Shown in pieces: positions 38,459 to 50,025 of a DNA stretch of 64,000 nt. The stretch is from NCBI GenBank assembly GCA_029976025.1, contig JARKNX010000133.1, positions 85,683 through 149,682 on the forward strand, written 5' to 3'. Origin of the DNA: Aggregatilineales bacterium. Lineage in GTDB: Bacteria > Chloroflexota > Anaerolineae > Aggregatilineales > Ch27. The translations under genes were made by a program, and so were the position numbers. Within the stretch, counting starts at the first letter, position 1; the number at the start of each line of letters is the position of its first letter. The notes beneath the pieces were generated by a model. The model was not told the origin of the DNA and did no database searches. It was given only the letters and a program-made list of their open reading frames with translations.

Positions 38459-39412
38459 TTGCCCGAAAATTACACAAACCCGGTTTATTCGCACTATTTT
38501 GCGGACCCTTTCGTGCTCCGCTTTCAGGACCAGTATTTCGCCTACGGTACTGCTCCACAGGCTGAAGAGCGGTGGGTCTTTCCAGTGCTCCAGTCTTCCG
38601 ACCTGATTCACTGGCAGAACATGGGCTGGGCGTTGAAAAGGCCGTCCGGAGCGCTTGAGTGCTGGGCGCCTGAAGTTGCCTATGACGGACATAGCTTCTA
38701 TATGTACTACTCAGCTTCAGGTATAGGCGGAAACGATCATCAACTGCGCGTTGCCATCAGTCACAGCCCGCTCGGCCCTTTTGAAGATGCAGATGTGGTG
38801 CTTGTCCCTGATCAGCCCTTTTCCATCGACCCTCACCCTTTTCAGGATGAGGATGGGCAGTGGTATCTGTTTTATGCCCGCGACTTTCTGCCACCTGAGG
38901 TTCACGACTTTGTCGGCACGGGCATCGTGGTTGACCGCCTGGTCAGCATGACCGAGCTGGCTGGCGCACCCCGGCTGGTAGTGCGCCCCCATGCCGCATG
39001 GCAGCTATTCGAATCAGAGCGGTCGATCTATGGCGCACAATATGACTGGCACACCATTGAAGGGCCAGCGATCAGGCAGCACGCCAGCAAATACTACTGC
39101 TTTTACAGCGGCGGCGCCTGGCGCAAGCCCAACTACGGGGTCTCTTATGTCATTGCAGATCATCCGCTGGGGCCTTACCACCTGCCGGACGGGTCTGAGC
39201 ATCCGATTTTTGCTTCCGTGCCGGGGCAGGTGCTTGGGCCAGGCCACAACTCCTTCATAGCTTCCCCGGATTGGAGCGAAGAACTTATTGTGTATCACGC
39301 CTGGGATGCCGCAATGACCGCCCGCCTGATGCGAATCGACAGGTTAAACTGGCAGGACGAACGCCCTGTTCTGTCCGGCCCAACATGGGAGAGTCAGCCT
39401 GTGCCCCGCTAA
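38459..39412 (+). CDS. Glycoside hydrolase family 43 (beta-xylosidase/arabinofuranosidase type)
   Basis: FADPFVLRFQDQYFAYGT (catalytic Asp context), CWAPEV, SIDPHPFQDEDGQWYLFY, HTIEGPAI (catalytic Glu context). TTG start per the ORF track. Confidence 0.8.
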   Translation: MPENYTNPVYSHYFADPFVLRFQDQYFAYGTAPQAEERWVFPVLQSSDLIHWQNMGWALKRPSGALECWAPEVAYDGHSFYMYYSASGIGGNDHQLRVAISHSPLGPFEDADVVLVPDQPFSIDPHPFQDEDGQWYLFYARDFLPPEVHDFVGTGIVVDRLVSMTELAGAPRLVVRPHAAWQLFESERSIYGAQYDWHTIEGPAIRQHASKYYCFYSGGAWRKPNYGVSYVIADHPLGPYHLPDGSEHPIFASVPGQVLGPGHNSFIASPDWSEELIVYHAWDAAMTARLMRIDRLNWQDERPVLSGPTWESQPVPR

Positions 39413-39474
39413 TTCGGAGCGGCAGGCGCCGCTCCAATTTTTATGAGCCTGTTTTTCTCTCAAGGGACAGCACT

Positions 39475-40935
39475 ATGCGCAACCGAATCTATGTCAATCT
39501 CGAAAACATCCTGGCCAGTCTTGACCGGAACATCTTCGGCGGGTTTGCCGAGCATATGGCCCGTTGCGTCTATGAAGGTATCTATGACCCGACCTCGCCG
39601 CTGGCTGACGAAAACGGCCTGCGTCCTGATGTGTTGGACGCCATACGCCGTTTGCGCATGCCCCTGATTCGCTACCCCGGCGGTAATTTCGTGTCTGGCT
39701 ATAATTGGCGCGATGGCGTTGGCCCCCGCGATCAGCGCCCTGCTCGCCTGGACCTGGCCTGGCACAACGTTGAGCCGAATACCTTCGGCACGAACGAATT
39801 TATCCAGTTCTGTCGCCTGGTTGATACTGAGCCGTTCCTCGTCGTCAACTGCGGCGATGGCGATATGCGCGAGGCCCGCGACTGGGTCGAGTACTGTAAC
39901 GGCACCGCCGACACCGCTCTCACCCGCCTGCGCAGACAGCACAATTTTGCGCAGCCGCATAATGTCCGCTACTGGGGTATCGGCAATGAGGTGGATGGCC
40001 CCTGGCAGATTGGCTACAAAACTCCGCAGGAATACGCCCGCGCCTTCACCGAATTCGGCAAACTGATGAAATGGGTGGATCCGAGCATCAAGCTCGTCGC
40101 TTCTGGCATCTCCCACTGGGAAGGCGCTGTCCTGGAGCGTATCCGCCTGTTGATCGAACAGGCCAGCGATCTGCTGGACTATATCGATATTCACTGGTAT
40201 TTTGGCAACCGCGCCAATGATTTCGCCGCGTTCATGACTGTGTCGGAGATCATCGAGGAGCGCCTGTCTGGCATTGAAGGCATGATCCGCGGCGTGAAGC
40301 TCGATCGGGGCATCCAGCGCGACATTTCAATCGCCGTCGGCGAATGGAATGTTATCTATCGCACCGACGAGACGCAGGGCATTGAGGAAATCTATAATCT
40401 GGAAGATGCGCTGGTGATCGCGATGCATTTCAATGCCTTCATCCGTCACGCTCGCAGCGTGCGTATGGCTAACATCGCCCAGATCGTCAACATGATCGCT
40501 CCGATCCGCACCCACCCGAACGGGCTGGTGCTCCAAACGATCTTCCATCCCTTTGATCTGTACAGCGCTCACTGCGGATCTGCTGCACTGGATGTATTCT
40601 GGACAGGGGACACCTTCAGCGGGGGCGACTACACCGGCGTGCGCGTGCTTGATGTGGCCGGGACGCTCAACGAGGCAACGCGAGAGCTGGCGCTGTTCGT
40701 GGTTAATCGCAGTCAGCATGACACGGCGGAGACCGAGATCCAGCTTGCGGCGGGCGCCCTGACCGGCTCAGTAGAGCTGTACACGGTCAACGGCGCAGAT
40801 ATCAAGACTGAGAACACGTTCAGTGCGACGGATGAAGTCGGGGTACGCCATACTACCCTGCCTGCTTCTGGCCGGACGCTCTCTCTGGGTTTTGAGCCGC
40901 ACTCTGTGACGGTGCTGGTGAGCAAGGTGCAGTAG
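39475..40935 (+). CDS. abfA: Alpha-L-arabinofuranosidase, glycoside hydrolase family 51
   Basis: Start moved to the ATG at 39475 (MRNRIYVNLENILASLDRNIFGGFAEHMARCVYEGIYDP). RYPGGNFVSGYNWRDGVGP, YWGIGNEVDGPWQIG (acid/base Glu), IAVGEWNV (nucleophile Glu). Confidence 0.9.
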   Translation: MRNRIYVNLENILASLDRNIFGGFAEHMARCVYEGIYDPTSPLADENGLRPDVLDAIRRLRMPLIRYPGGNFVSGYNWRDGVGPRDQRPARLDLAWHNVEPNTFGTNEFIQFCRLVDTEPFLVVNCGDGDMREARDWVEYCNGTADTALTRLRRQHNFAQPHNVRYWGIGNEVDGPWQIGYKTPQEYARAFTEFGKLMKWVDPSIKLVASGISHWEGAVLERIRLLIEQASDLLDYIDIHWYFGNRANDFAAFMTVSEIIEERLSGIEGMIRGVKLDRGIQRDISIAVGEWNVIYRTDETQGIEEIYNLEDALVIAMHFNAFIRHARSVRMANIAQIVNMIAPIRTHPNGLVLQTIFHPFDLYSAHCGSAALDVFWTGDTFSGGDYTGVRVLDVAGTLNEATRELALFVVNRSQHDTAETEIQLAAGALTGSVELYTVNGADIKTENTFSATDEVGVRHTTLPASGRTLSLGFEPHSVTVLVSKVQ

Positions 40936-41102
40936 CTCGCACCCTTACACATGGCAATCGCCGCTTTGCAGATGATGGTGTCAATGGCCGTGTAGGCGTA
41001 CGCCTCTCCCTGGCGCTTGAGAACGCGAGGGCCAGGGGGAGGCCGGGATGAAGGTCTTTCCAGGTCAGACGGAGTCGCATTCCTCTTGAGAGTACCGCAA
41101 TT

Positions 41103-41125
41103 GGGGAAGGGGCGGGGATGAGGGG
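41103..41125. repeat. G-rich 23-nt motif, copy 1 (second copy at 51165-51187)
   Basis: GGGGAAGGGGCGGGGATGAGGGG here and GGGGAAGGGCCGGGGATGGAGGT at 51165-51187 are identical at 19 of 23 positions by my alignment. Both lie in 3' intergenic DNA, next to imperfect CCCTC/GAGGG-type hairpins. Confidence 0.5.
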
Positions 41126-41153
41126 AGCCGGCTGTTGCCTGGCCCCCCTCTCT

Positions 41154-41987
41154 CTATCCCTTGACGCTGCCGGCCAGCAGACCGCGGATGAAGTACTTGC
41201 CGAGCAGGATATACACAATCAGTGTGGGCACGGCCGCCAGCAGCGCCCCTGCCATCGGCATATTCCACTTCACCGCTTCGCCGCCGGCGAGCTGGCTCAG
41301 CTTGACCGTGATTGGCTGGCTGGCCGTGGAGGTCAGCGTGACGGCGAACAGGAATTCGTTCCAGATTTGCGTGAACTGCCAGATGATCACGACGACGAAC
41401 CCCGGCAGTGAGATCGGGAACATGATGTGGCGGTAGACGCCGAAGAAGCCGGCGCCGTCGATCTTACCCGCCTCCACCATCTCGGTCGGCACTTCGGCGT
41501 AGTCGTTGCGGAAGATCAGGGTTGTGATCGGCAGGCCGTACACAACATGGGTCACGATCAGGCCCGGGATGCCCCCGTACAGGCCGATGCTGTTCATAAA
41601 CTGGAACAGCGGGATCAGGATGCTCTGGTAGGGGATGAACATCCCGAACAGCATCAGCGGAAAGACGATATTCGCGCCGGGGAACTTCCACTTGGAGAGC
41701 ACATAGCCGTTGAGCGAGCCTAGCAGCGCGGAGAGAATGGTGGCCGGGATGACCAGGGCGAAGCTGTTGCGCAGGTTGGGCAGGAACTCCTGAATCGCGG
41801 TGACGAAGCCCTCAACATCCACCGGGTCAGGTGGCTGCCATACCGTTTGTAACGCGATATCCGCCGGATTCTTGAAGGCCGTAATCAGCACCATGTAGAC
41901 CGGGAGCAGATAGAATACGGCCAGGAAGATCAGGACGGCGTAGATGATAACGCGGCGTAGTTTGATGGTCTGTCCGGCGATGGTCAT
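41154..41987 (-). CDS. Carbohydrate ABC transporter permease
   Basis: EAA loop [27 protein letters not shown]. Six TM helices. The 4-nt overlap with the upstream permease suggests translational coupling. Confidence 0.85.
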   Translation of the reverse strand: MTIAGQTIKLRRVIIYAVLIFLAVFYLLPVYMVLITAFKNPADIALQTVWQPPDPVDVEGFVTAIQEFLPNLRNSFALVIPATILSALLGSLNGYVLSKWKFPGANIVFPLMLFGMFIPYQSILIPLFQFMNSIGLYGGIPGLIVTHVVYGLPITTLIFRNDYAEVPTEMVEAGKIDGAGFFGVYRHIMFPISLPGFVVVIIWQFTQIWNEFLFAVTLTSTASQPITVKLSQLAGGEAVKWNMPMAGALLAAVPTLIVYILLGKYFIRGLLAGSVKG

Positions 41988-43135
41988 AGTTCCACCTCCG
42001 AGCGCAGCGTGGTGTAGAGGTAGGGCACGATTACAAAGGCGACCATGATCAGCATAACGATGGCGATGGCGGCGCCCAGGGCGAACTGGTTAGCCCGGAA
42101 GGCAGTCAGGTACATCAGGATGCCGGGCACGTCGGTGGTCATGTTGTCCGCCCCGGCCATGGCGAAGATCAGGTCAAAGATCTTCAGCGAGATATGGCCC
42201 AGGATGATCATGGCGCTGAGCGTGATCGGGCGCAGCAGCGGCAGGATGATATAGCGGTAGACCTGCATCTCATTTGCACCATCCACCCGCGCCGCTTCCC
42301 GCAGCTCCTCCGGGATGCCGCGCAGCCCGGCCAGATACATAGCCATGGTGTAGCCGGAAAGCTGCCAGGTCGAGGCAAGGATGATGCCGATGAAGGCCAC
42401 GTTGAAGCCGTGCATTTCCGGGTAAGGCAGCGTCTGAATCTGAAGCGGCCCGCCGGCGACGATCCAGATGAGGAGGAGCGCCCCGACGATGCCGCTGATC
42501 GTCAGTCCGCGCCGCTGCCCGCGCCGCCAGTAGCGATAACCTAAAAAGGCCACAACCAGGAAGATGACGATGGCGATCATCATCGGCAGATGCTGCCAGT
42601 TGAACTGAAGCACCTGCTCGCGGCTGGTCAGCCAGCGGAAGCTCCAGGGCGGCAGGCCGAACACCGTTGGGAGCTGGTTGAGGCCGCCGCTGGGGTTGAA
42701 GAGCCACCGCCATACCGTCCCGGTGACGATGAACGAAAGCGCCATTGGAAAGAGGAAGATCGTGCGGAAGATCCCCTCTCCTTTGATATTCTGGTCCAGC
42801 AGGATAGCCAGAAAGATGCCCATCACCAGGCAGCCGGCCAGGAAGAAGATAGTGAAAAAGAAGGTGTTGACCAGCCCCTGCCGGAAGCGCAGCTCCACCG
42901 GGCCGGTGAATAACTGGGTGTAATTTTGCAGCCCGACATAGTTCATTTCCGGGTCGGTGGAAAGCCCCTGCCAGTCGGTCAGGGAGGCCGCGCCCGTCCG
43001 GCCAATAAAGCCATAGACGAAGATCGCCAGCAGGATGATCGAGGGCAGCAGCATCAGGAAGGCAACGATCCGGTCCTGGCGCATGGCGATACGCTGTCGC
43101 AGGGTGGGGGTCGTCCCGACGGTTGTCGCGCTCAT
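41984..43135 (-). CDS. Sugar ABC transporter permease (extended, ~8 TM)
   Basis: EAA loop [26 protein letters not shown]. Carries additional central TM helices. 383 aa. Confidence 0.85.
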   Translation of the reverse strand: MSATTVGTTPTLRQRIAMRQDRIVAFLMLLPSIILLAIFVYGFIGRTGAASLTDWQGLSTDPEMNYVGLQNYTQLFTGPVELRFRQGLVNTFFFTIFFLAGCLVMGIFLAILLDQNIKGEGIFRTIFLFPMALSFIVTGTVWRWLFNPSGGLNQLPTVFGLPPWSFRWLTSREQVLQFNWQHLPMMIAIVIFLVVAFLGYRYWRRGQRRGLTISGIVGALLLIWIVAGGPLQIQTLPYPEMHGFNVAFIGIILASTWQLSGYTMAMYLAGLRGIPEELREAARVDGANEMQVYRYIILPLLRPITLSAMIILGHISLKIFDLIFAMAGADNMTTDVPGILMYLTAFRANQFALGAAIAIVMLIMVAFVIVPYLYTTLRSEVEL

Positions 43136-43444
43136 AGGGGTGTCTCAGCCTCTCTACAGCCCGACTCAGGGCCGGCCCGACCTCTGGTCGGCTCGACTGC
43201 TGGTCGGCACAGGTGAGGAGAAAACAGCTTTGGCGGGCCGGGGCTGGCAGGATGTCATGGGCAGCCCTCCGGCCGCAAACAGGCTGAGCATCAGCCAGAA
43301 AATGTCTACACGCTAAACCAGGGGGGCGGGCCGTACGGACCCGCCCCCAGAGGTGATCGCGAGAATTGGCCAGAGTGTGGGGCAGGCAAGGGCTTAAGCT
43401 CCCTGTCTGGTAGACTGCCCCCACACGCTCGCCGGGCCGAGGCT

Positions 43445-44725
<1,281 letters not shown>

Positions 44726-44906
44726 AAGTAGCTGAGACTCTGTAAGGGGCGATAACGCCAGTGAAAATTCCGTTGTATGGACATTTTCACCAGCGTCATC
44801 TCTCGTATATTATATAACAAAATTAGGATTCTTTGTACAAAATGAAAGAGCGAAGGCGCCAGGGCAAGTTGAAAATGAGGTCGTTTCAGTTGAGCGGAGG
44901 GGGAGA

Positions 44907-45233
44907 TCAGGGCAGCGCAGCCTGCATGGCCCACAGCAGCGCCATGCCCGCCATGATAGCCAGCAGCGTCTGCCGCGTCCGCCAGGCAACCAGCGCCGCC
45001 GCCAGCCCGGCCAGCAGCCGGTAGTTGCTCAGGGAGATAGCGATCGTCCCCTCCGGCATCAGCAGCGCCGGGAAGATGATGGCCGCCAGCGCCGCCGGGG
45101 GGACATAGCGCAGGACGCGCAGGGCGCCTGCTGGCAGGGAGCGGTCGCCCAGCAGCACGATGGCCGACAGGCGGGCGCTGTAGGTCACCAGCATCATACC
45201 GAGGATAACCAGCCAGAAGTCAGCAGTGCTCAT
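44907..45233 (-). CDS. azlD: AzlD-family branched-chain amino acid transport protein
   Basis: Start moved to the ATG at 45233 (MSTADFWLVILGMMLVTYSARLSAIVLL, a typical AzlD N-terminus). Four hydrophobic helices. No azlC is visible next to it. Confidence 0.65.
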   Translation of the reverse strand: MSTADFWLVILGMMLVTYSARLSAIVLLGDRSLPAGALRVLRYVPPAALAAIIFPALLMPEGTIAISLSNYRLLAGLAAALVAWRTRQTLLAIMAGMALLWAMQAALP

Positions 45234-45715
45234 AAACTCGACCGTGGGTGCTTCAGAATCACGACACAGCACCTGCCATGATACCGCGCCCGCCGCCCTT
45301 CGTCACATTCTCCCGGGGCGAATGCGATTCAGCTAAATGGACGGGTGTGGGCGCATTGGGCAAGGAATGCGGGCGTCGGCGGCGTCGTAGTCGGGAAAAG
45401 CGTCAGCGCGCTGCTGGGCCAGCGAGCGCGGCTCCTGTGATTGAGTTGCCGATTGCCCCCACAACTGTACCACGGAGGCGCATTTCATTGAGGATGCTGC
45501 GCCTTGCCTGTCAGTACAGGCTGTTTCCCCTTTCGTTTATGCGCGGCGCTGCCCGGGCTCCCCGGCGCGATACACCTCCCTCTCACTTTCCACTGCCTGT
45601 TCCTCATCCTGAGAAATATAAATTAAAACGGAAAAATAGCCGCCCCACTGGCCCGGAGACTATCCTCAAATTATCAGGCAGAGTATACTGATCGTAGCCT
45701 GATACCGAGCCGGGA

Positions 45716-46297
45716 ATGTTACCCGCCATGTCAATGATGAAGTGGGAAGAGGTCTGGAGAAGCCTGGACTGGGACCGGGATAGCTACCACAATGTGGAAG
45801 AGACCCTGGATCAGCGGGCCGATAAATACGCCAGGCCGCCCGAACAGGACAGCCAGAACGATCAGGATACGCTCAAGGCTCTGGTGTTTGAGCGCGGCCA
45901 GGAGCGGTACGCCATCCCGGCGCAGCATGTCCTGCGGGGTGTGGCGGAGCCGCGGATCACACCCCTGCCCTGCGTGCCGGACTACTATCGCGGCGTGATC
46001 AACGTGCGCGGGCGCATCATCTCGGTGCTGGACCTGCGGCGCTTCTGGCGTATCCCCGTCCGCGGAGAAGTGGAGACGCCCCGCCTGATTGTCGTCCGGG
46101 CCGGGGCACACGAGCTGGCGATTCAGGCTGATGATGTGCTGGAACTGGCGCGTATCCCGCTGAGCGAGATTGTGCCGCCGGTCACCGCCGGCATCGGTCT
46201 GGAGCATGTCCAGGGGATCAGCTCCGATGGGCTGGTGGTGGTGGATGTGGAAAGTCTTTCTCGCGATCAGCGGTTGTTCATCCACGACGAGTTGTAA
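45716..46297 (+). CDS. cheW: CheW-like coupling protein
   Basis: [53 protein letters not shown] is a CheW domain signature. Confidence 0.85.
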   Translation: MLPAMSMMKWEEVWRSLDWDRDSYHNVEETLDQRADKYARPPEQDSQNDQDTLKALVFERGQERYAIPAQHVLRGVAEPRITPLPCVPDYYRGVINVRGRIISVLDLRRFWRIPVRGEVETPRLIVVRAGAHELAIQADDVLELARIPLSEIVPPVTAGIGLEHVQGISSDGLVVVDVESLSRDQRLFIHDEL

Positions 46298-46308
46298 CAG
46301 GTGATGCC

Positions 46309-47625
46309 GTGACCCAAGCAAGCATGTCTTCCGCCAAACCCCGATCGACGACGCCCGGCCGGTCCTTGCGCGCTCGCCTCCGGAGCCGGGAGGAATATCT
46401 GATCGGCCTGCTGTGCGTTATCCCGGTTGTCCTCTGCGTCCTGTGGTGCGCGCTGGCCCTGAACACTTTGCGGACCACCTGGATTCAGGGTGGCGTGATG
46501 CCCTCAGCGGCGATTCAGGGGCTGGATACGCTGGGCGGGCAGATCATAATCGCCGGCGTGATCGTCGGCGCGCTGACCTATCTCGCAACGACTGCGATCA
46601 TCCTCCGTAACCGCCGCCGCGAACAGGCGCGCGAAGAGGAGCGCTTGCAGAAGATGCTGACCTTCGTTTACGCGATGGACGGGGGCGACCTGACCGCCCG
46701 CCTGCTGGCCGGGGGCGGCGATGATGCCAATTATCGCAAGATGGCGGAGGCGCTCAATGTCATGACCGACGGCGTCCACCGCATGACGACGGAAGTCAAG
46801 CTGGCCACGCAGGGCCTGGCCGCCGCCGCTGAGGAAATTCGCTCCGCCACCAGCCGCCAGATCGACGCCGCGACGCAGCAGGACGCCGTCGTTGCCCAGA
46901 CCACGGCCACCGTCAACGAGGTGCGCGCCACTGTGACTGAGACCGCCGAGCGCGCCCAGAATGTCGCCGAGAACGCCCAGACCTCAATCGAGGTCTCTCG
47001 CTCTGGCGAACAGGCCGTCTCCGACGCCATTGAAGGCATGCATCTGATCCGGCGCAAGGTGGAAGATATCGCCGACAATATCCTGATCCTCTCTGAGCAC
47101 ACCCAGCAGATCGGCGAGATTATCGCCACCGTCAACAGCATCGCCGACCAGTCTAAGATGCTGGCTCTGAACGCCAGCGTCGAGGCCGCCCGCGCCGGTG
47201 AGGAGGGTAAGGGCTTCGCCGTGGTCGCTATGGAAGTTCGCAGCCTGGCCGAGCAAAGTCGCGAGGCGACCGCTCAGGTGCGCGATATCCTGCACGAGAT
47301 TCAGCGGGCGACAAACGCCGCCGTCATGGTTACCGAAGAGGGGACGAAAGGCGTTGATCGAGGGGTGAGCCTGGTTGACCGGGCTGGCCGGACGATTAAG
47401 GAGCTGGCCAGCACGATTGAGGAAAACGCTATCGCCGCGGTGCAGATTGCCGCCAGCACTCGTCAGCAGGCCGTCGGCATGGACCAGCTCACCAATGCCA
47501 TGCGGACGATTAAAGAGGCCACCGCTGAGGCTGCCAGCAGCACGATGCAGGTGGAACGTAACATCCAGAAGCTGCAGGGCGTGGCGGAGCATCTGGGGGC
47601 CACCCTCAACCGCTACCGCCTGTAG
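46309..47625 (+). CDS. Methyl-accepting chemotaxis protein with minimal (~25 aa) outer loop
   Basis: Two TM helices ([21 protein letters not shown] and [21 protein letters not shown]). HAMP-like segment. MA domain: [43 protein letters not shown] at 46309; alternative ATG at 46324. Confidence 0.9.
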   Translation: MTQASMSSAKPRSTTPGRSLRARLRSREEYLIGLLCVIPVVLCVLWCALALNTLRTTWIQGGVMPSAAIQGLDTLGGQIIIAGVIVGALTYLATTAIILRNRRREQAREEERLQKMLTFVYAMDGGDLTARLLAGGGDDANYRKMAEALNVMTDGVHRMTTEVKLATQGLAAAAEEIRSATSRQIDAATQQDAVVAQTTATVNEVRATVTETAERAQNVAENAQTSIEVSRSGEQAVSDAIEGMHLIRRKVEDIADNILILSEHTQQIGEIIATVNSIADQSKMLALNASVEAARAGEEGKGFAVVAMEVRSLAEQSREATAQVRDILHEIQRATNAAVMVTEEGTKGVDRGVSLVDRAGRTIKELASTIEENAIAAVQIAASTRQQAVGMDQLTNAMRTIKEATAEAASSTMQVERNIQKLQGVAEHLGATLNRYRL

Positions 47626-47686
47626 AGCGTCCGGACCTGACACTGCCGCCCGTATTGCACCTGCCAGCCGGGGTAGTAGAATTGCC

Positions 47687-50020
47687 GTGACCACACCACC
47701 CGACGAACTGCTCGATATCTTCTGGGTTGAGGCTTCCGAATATCTGGAAGCGCTCAACCGCATCCTGCTCGCGCTGGAGGTGGCCGGGCCGGATGACAAC
47801 ATGACCGACACGCTGCGGGAGGTCTCGCGCATTGCCCACAGCCTGAAGGGCGCGGCGCGGGCTGTCGGCCAGTCGATCATTGAGCGGCTGGCCCACCGGA
47901 TGGAAGACGTGTTCGATCTGACGCTGGGCGGGACACTCAAGCTCAGCCCGGCCGTCTGCGATGCCCTGTACGACTCGCTCGATGTCATCCAGATGATCGC
48001 CGGCGGGGTCGAGCCTGACCCGGACACGGTCGAAGCCGTGCTCGGCCAGTTGAACGGCCTGGCCGGCCCGCGCGAGGCGGAGTCCGCCTCCCCCGGCCAG
48101 GCGGTCGCCATCCGGCCCGCCGCGCCGCCGGCCCCGGCATACGAGCCGGGCGAAGCCCTCGAGCCGGTCCGCCCGGCGGGCGTAACCCCGGCGGCCCCGC
48201 CGGCGGCGGTGACCGCGCCCCGCGTGGCTGAGGACACCGTCCGCGTCAGCCTGAGCAAGCTCGACCAGTTAATGGGGCAGGCCAGCGAGCTGCTGATCGC
48301 CCGTATGCACAGCGATCAGCGCCGCCAGGACCTGCAGGCCCTGATGCAGGAATACCGCCGCTGGCAGCGCCTGTGGCGGCAGGTCCGTTCCGCTTACATC
48401 CGCACGACCCGCCGTCTCAAGGACACGCGGGAGATTTCTGGCCTGGGCGAAGGCGGCGCTGACCTGATCAGCCTGCTGGATTTTCTGGACGCCACCCAGC
48501 ACTATATGTCCCAGGCCAACCGCGAATTTGTCGAGCTTAACCGTTTGCTGGCGCAGGACAACCTGCACCTGACGACGCTGGTGGATGAGCTGCAGGCGGA
48601 TATCGCCAGCGTGCGTATGCTGCCCTTCGAGACGATTCTGGGCGGCTTCCAGCGGATGGTGCGCGATCTGGCCCGCGAGACCGGCAAGGATGTGGCGCTT
48701 GTCGTGGAAGGGGCCGATGTCGAGCTGGACAAGCATGTGCTGGAAATGCTTAAAGACCCGCTCATGCATATCCTGCGCAACTCGGTTGACCACGGCATCG
48801 AGCCGCCGGATCGGCGCGTAGCCGCCGGCAAGATCGCCACCGGCACAATCACGCTCAGCGTGGCCTCTCGCGGCAACGATATTCACGTCTCGGTGGCTGA
48901 CGACGGCGACGGCATCAACGCGGAGCTTGTTCGCCGGCGCGCCGTCAAGGTCGGCCTGATCGGCGAGCTTGATGTGGATACGCTCTCCAACGACGAAATC
49001 ACGTCCCTGATCTTTGAGCCGGGCTTTTCCACCACCGACCAGATCACCGCTGTCTCTGGCCGGGGGGTCGGGCTGGATGTGGTGCGTCAGCGGGTGGAGG
49101 CGCTGCGCGGGCGGCTGTGGGTGGATAATCGGCCCGGCTTGGGCGCCGCCTTCCACCTGATTGTCCCGGTCTCCCTGACCCGCATCCGCTGCCTGCTGGC
49201 GCGGGTGGGGCAGGAGCGGTACGCCATCCCGCTGACGACGGTCACCCGCATCATCAACATTCAGGGCGGCGAGGTCTTCAATGTGGAGGACCGCCCGATG
49301 ATCCGGCTGGATAACCGCCCGATGCCGCTGGTTTACCTGGGAGAAGTGCTGGAACGGCCCTTCCCCGCTCCGGCGCTGACGGCCAATACGCCGATCCTGA
49401 TCCTGCATTCGACCGAGCAGCGGCATGTGGCCTTCGTCATTGACGAGCTGTTGAGCGAGCAGGAGCTGGTGCTCAAGAAGCTAGGGGATGAGCTGGACCG
49501 GGTGCGCAATGTTGCCGGGTCGGCCATCCTGGGCACGGGCGATGTGATCATCGTGCTGCATACCAGCGATCTGATCAAGAGCGCCCGCCGGGCGCGCGGC
49601 GTGATCGCGGAGGCGCCGCAGTTGCCTGTCGAGGATGAGACCCCGCTCAACCGTTCGCGATGGATTCTGGTCGTGGACGATTCGCTGACCACGCGCACCC
49701 TGGAGAAGAACATCCTGGAGGCGGCGGGCTACCGCGTCCGCACGGCAACCGACGGCGACGAAGCGCTGCGGACGCTGCTGGACCAGCCCTTCGATGTCAT
49801 CGTGGCCGATGTGGAAATGCCGCATATGAACGGCTTCGAGCTGGCCCAGCGGGTCAAGGGCGATGCTCGCTGGAAGGACACGCCGTTCGTCCTGGTAACT
49901 TCGCTGGATTCCCCCAGCGATCGCGAACGCGGCCTGCGGGCCGGCGCGGATGCCTACCTGGTCAAGACCCGCTTCGACCAGGATGAACTTTTGCAGGTAG
50001 TTGAGCAGATGATAACGTAG
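47687..50020 (+). CDS. cheA: CheA histidine kinase fused to a C-terminal receiver domain
   Basis: Start set to the first in-frame start codon after the mcp stop (GTG at 47687). The ORF-track start at 47375 overlaps mcp. Hpt: SRIAHSLKGAARAVG. HATPase: HILRNSVDHGIE, DDGDGIN, GRGVGLDVV. CheW-like domain: [18 protein letters not shown]: ILVVDDS...FDVIVADVEMPHMNG. Confidence 0.9.
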   Translation: MTTPPDELLDIFWVEASEYLEALNRILLALEVAGPDDNMTDTLREVSRIAHSLKGAARAVGQSIIERLAHRMEDVFDLTLGGTLKLSPAVCDALYDSLDVIQMIAGGVEPDPDTVEAVLGQLNGLAGPREAESASPGQAVAIRPAAPPAPAYEPGEALEPVRPAGVTPAAPPAAVTAPRVAEDTVRVSLSKLDQLMGQASELLIARMHSDQRRQDLQALMQEYRRWQRLWRQVRSAYIRTTRRLKDTREISGLGEGGADLISLLDFLDATQHYMSQANREFVELNRLLAQDNLHLTTLVDELQADIASVRMLPFETILGGFQRMVRDLARETGKDVALVVEGADVELDKHVLEMLKDPLMHILRNSVDHGIEPPDRRVAAGKIATGTITLSVASRGNDIHVSVADDGDGINAELVRRRAVKVGLIGELDVDTLSNDEITSLIFEPGFSTTDQITAVSGRGVGLDVVRQRVEALRGRLWVDNRPGLGAAFHLIVPVSLTRIRCLLARVGQERYAIPLTTVTRIINIQGGEVFNVEDRPMIRLDNRPMPLVYLGEVLERPFPAPALTANTPILILHSTEQRHVAFVIDELLSEQELVLKKLGDELDRVRNVAGSAILGTGDVIIVLHTSDLIKSARRARGVIAEAPQLPVEDETPLNRSRWILVVDDSLTTRTLEKNILEAAGYRVRTATDGDEALRTLLDQPFDVIVADVEMPHMNGFELAQRVKGDARWKDTPFVLVTSLDSPSDRERGLRAGADAYLVKTRFDQDELLQVVEQMIT

Positions 50021-50025
50021 GCCCT

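Noticed and set aside
39271-39474. N-terminal extensions in ORF-track calls (39271, 25123, 26137, 30405, 31620, 47375, 61785, 61833, 45272, 57870)
   Set aside because: The extensions overlap upstream genes or consist of Arg/Cys/Pro-rich sequence. Internal ATG/GTG starts give canonical family N-termini or signal peptides, often with an SD, so the starts were moved.
45248-45691. 147-aa plus-strand ORF in the azlD-cheW gap
   Set aside because: The sequence is Arg/Pro/Ala-rich with no start context or motifs. It is most likely a chance open frame in GC-rich non-coding DNA.
46984-49426. 424-aa and 385-aa minus-strand ORFs across mcp/cheA
   Set aside because: Shadow frames opposite well-supported MCP and CheA motifs.
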